This document shows positions 61,288-64,000 of a stretch of DNA of 64,000 bases, one piece after another; the stretch's first letter is position 1; the number at the start of each line of letters is the position of its first letter. The stretch comes from Selaginella moellendorffii. Taxonomy: Eukaryota; Plantae; Lycopodiophyta. The stretch is from the NCBI RefSeq assembly GCF_000143415.4, contig NW_003314276.1, positions 1,657,083 through 1,721,082 of the forward strand. The letters run 5' to 3'. The translations under genes were made by a program, and so were the position numbers. The notes under the pieces were generated by a model. The model was not told the DNA's origin. It worked only from the letters and a program-made list of their open reading frames with translations, and ran no database searches.

Positions 61288-64000
61288 TTGCTGAACTAAG
61301 GGTAAAATGTGGGGCAGGTGGGCGAGTGCAGTTAAATGGATATCCCTAAGAAGTTATTTGGAATTTCTAGCGTTACACGGTTTGTGTGTGGTTACTCACT
61401 CTTCCATGATTTGAAAGACATTGCCAAGTACGTCAAATTCAAACTAGAGTTTTAAATAGTTTATAAATATTGATATGGATATGCTTTATTTTGCCATTGG
61501 ATTGAAAAAGCATATTTTAGATTATTTTAAATCCAAGCCATGAATCAGCATTATGGAATAACAGTGGATCACATTCTAATTTGGGTAACGCTTCACCAGC
61601 CATTGCACAATAGAAACTACCCTTACAAAATCAGTGATCCACTCTGAATTGAAAAGAGATGGAAAATAGATGTACCACCACCGTTAACACTGCATTTACC
61701 AACAGGAATCGACATCCATCAATGGCTTCTCTCACCTGTGGGGTGTCACTCAGGTGACACGAATCGTTGGGGTGGAGCTACATACTGGGCCTCAACAACA
61801 TGGTGGAGCATAGCAACAGGGTTGAAAGTGTGATGAGATCACCAAGAAGACAATCATCCTCTTGGACAGTGATGACAATCACCACCACTTGCAACAGTGC
61901 AAAGTTTTTGACAGTGATGAGTAGGAGTGGCAGACACAGAGTGGCAGCCACAGGGAAAGAATGCTTTCAATACAACTAAGACAGGATTCTTTGTCTAAAA
62001 CAATTATATATGTTTTAACAAAGAATCATTGGACATGTGAAAGTGAGCCATTGAAAAACAAAGTAGTTTTTCATGTAAACTGCGAGTACTTCTAGGACAT
62101 GTCCACAACATAGGTTGAGCTTGGTGTTATACTCTTTAGACATGTCTTTGGAAAACTAGAACCATCCAGTCTCACTGCATATAGTCAAATGAGTGTTTTT
62201 TGAAGCACCACCTAACCTAAGCACCATCGTTCTTGAGAAATGAAAGTTTCATGGCAAGCTGTAGATGTGAGGCTAAAGCAGGCCTTAGCTTGAGCAAGAA
62301 TTCCTTTGCAAGTCCAACAATTCTATTTCCAGCACAGTCGAAAACCCTTTAGTGTTATGGGCTTTAGTACATCTCAATAGCAATATTAAATAATGTTGCA
62401 ATCAAGTGAGTTTTACAACACAATTTCACAATGATTGGAAGAACACAAAGCAGCATAATAGTGTAAATTTTTTTTCTTACAAACTTTCTTTATAAATTAA
62501 GTTATTCTTATAAATTAACATCAGATAACTAGTGTTACAAATTTTTTAAAACAAAAAATTTAATTCAAATATTTTATATAAAAATAAAAACCATTTTAAA
62601 TTCAATAATGACACTAGATTGGATATTATTTTTTTAAATAAGTTTTACCATTTTCACAAAATCTTCAAATCTAATTCATAATGTCTGGTTGTCATTTGGA
62701 CTTCACTATATTGTGACAAGTGCACTTTAAAATGTAAAAGATAAAAACAATAATGATTTGAAATTTTTAGTGCTAATATTTTGATTTTGAGATGATGCTA
62801 AACTTAATTTGGTGTTGACCATATAAATTTTCACATTATCAAGAAAAGTTTATATAACTTTGGTCTCCTTTCTTTGTTGTATTTATCACTGTGTTAAATT
62901 TGCTTGAATAAGTGCATAATGTTAGTCATTGTGTTGGAAGTCATTGTATAAATTATCACATATTCACTCCAATGCATGATGTATAATATTTTTATACTTG
63001 GTGAAGGGCATCAGCATAAACCACAATTGCATCATCAACATCCAATATTATTTATTTTCTCAATGGAGTATGATGGACACAAAATAATATCATTCTATAA
63101 TTAAACAATTAATTATATTTTACTTATTTTTTCAAGATCTTCTTTTGATTTATATCTATTGAGAGAAACTTAAATTAAGAAACTAAATTTGTACTTTAGA
63201 AATATTTTAATTACTCTATCCCACTCCATAGGAACTACTTGAAGTGGTAGAGCATAAGAAGAAAGCTTGATACAACCACTAGCATGACAAGGCCATGCAA
63301 GCTTTGCAACCACTATTGGATATAATACATGAGTCAGAATACCCATTAGAAACATGTTAAGTGAGCATGGAATACATGTTTTTTATATTAAAGCATTTTC
63401 TACATGCACATGTTTGCCTTTTAAGTACATGAGCTTCATGTCTATGTTCAGAGGAAGAGCCTCACTTTCCCTTAGCTTTACTTATGTACTAAAGGTTTAT
63501 CAACAACATGATGATATGAAAAACTTTAGGACTGACAAGATAGCCAATAGAAGTTGCATCGGGCTAAATCCAATTTATTTTACATGAATACTTTGATAAA
63601 CATGAGGGTGGGTGAAGTTGGTATGCATATGCTCTAAGGGTGCAAAAGCTTTGAGAAGAAGATTTCAACAAAGTACAGATTACCTTTTCTTTCCTAGAAC
63701 TAAAAGCTTCTTCATATAAGTTTATATAATTGGGATACTAATATTCTTCTTTACAACAAAGATGCAACTCTATGCTCCATGAAGTATGCAAGAAGTGTAG
63801 GGATGTAGTGCATATTAACATGTAGCAATTGATGGTATTTGATAAGGACCTTCACCTTTATGCTGCATATATATAGGAGCTATTAAATGCTATATGAAGT
63901 GTGGCAAAAAGTGATGTAGATGTCAATGTGTCTCAATTGGTGATACAAGGTAGAATGAAGTTCTACAAGGATATACAAAGATGCTTGCAATGGTGGAGGT

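Overview
Eukaryotic plant genomic DNA. The very short (48-70 bp) GT-AG introns and the gene content suggest a compact non-seed-plant genome such as the lycophyte Selaginella (inference). The window is bounded by two near-identical CYP72-clan P450 genes about 60.4 kb apart. Between them are: (i) pseudogene fragments (PICKLE/CHD3, F-box x2, WEE1); (ii) a head-to-tail array of at least three Helitron units on the minus strand (20203 down to 7769 or further), including a decayed Rep/PIF1-helicase unit and captured WEE1 exons; (iii) a gene island with an intact ABI5/ABF-type bZIP, a kinesin-1 gene plus a decayed tandem copy, and between the two copies an intact two-exon gene for an apparently secreted hevein(CBM18)-jacalin chimeric lectin; and (iv) a four-level retrotransposon nest (old Gypsy > non-chromoviral Gypsy > chromovirus > 674-bp TRIM) with related solo LTRs. 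The best candidates for undescribed biology are the hevein-jacalin lectin, the Helitron concatemer with CTAG|TC junctions, and a TRIM that shares its termini with the chromovirus it sits in. All calls come from manual reading and family knowledge; no searches were run.
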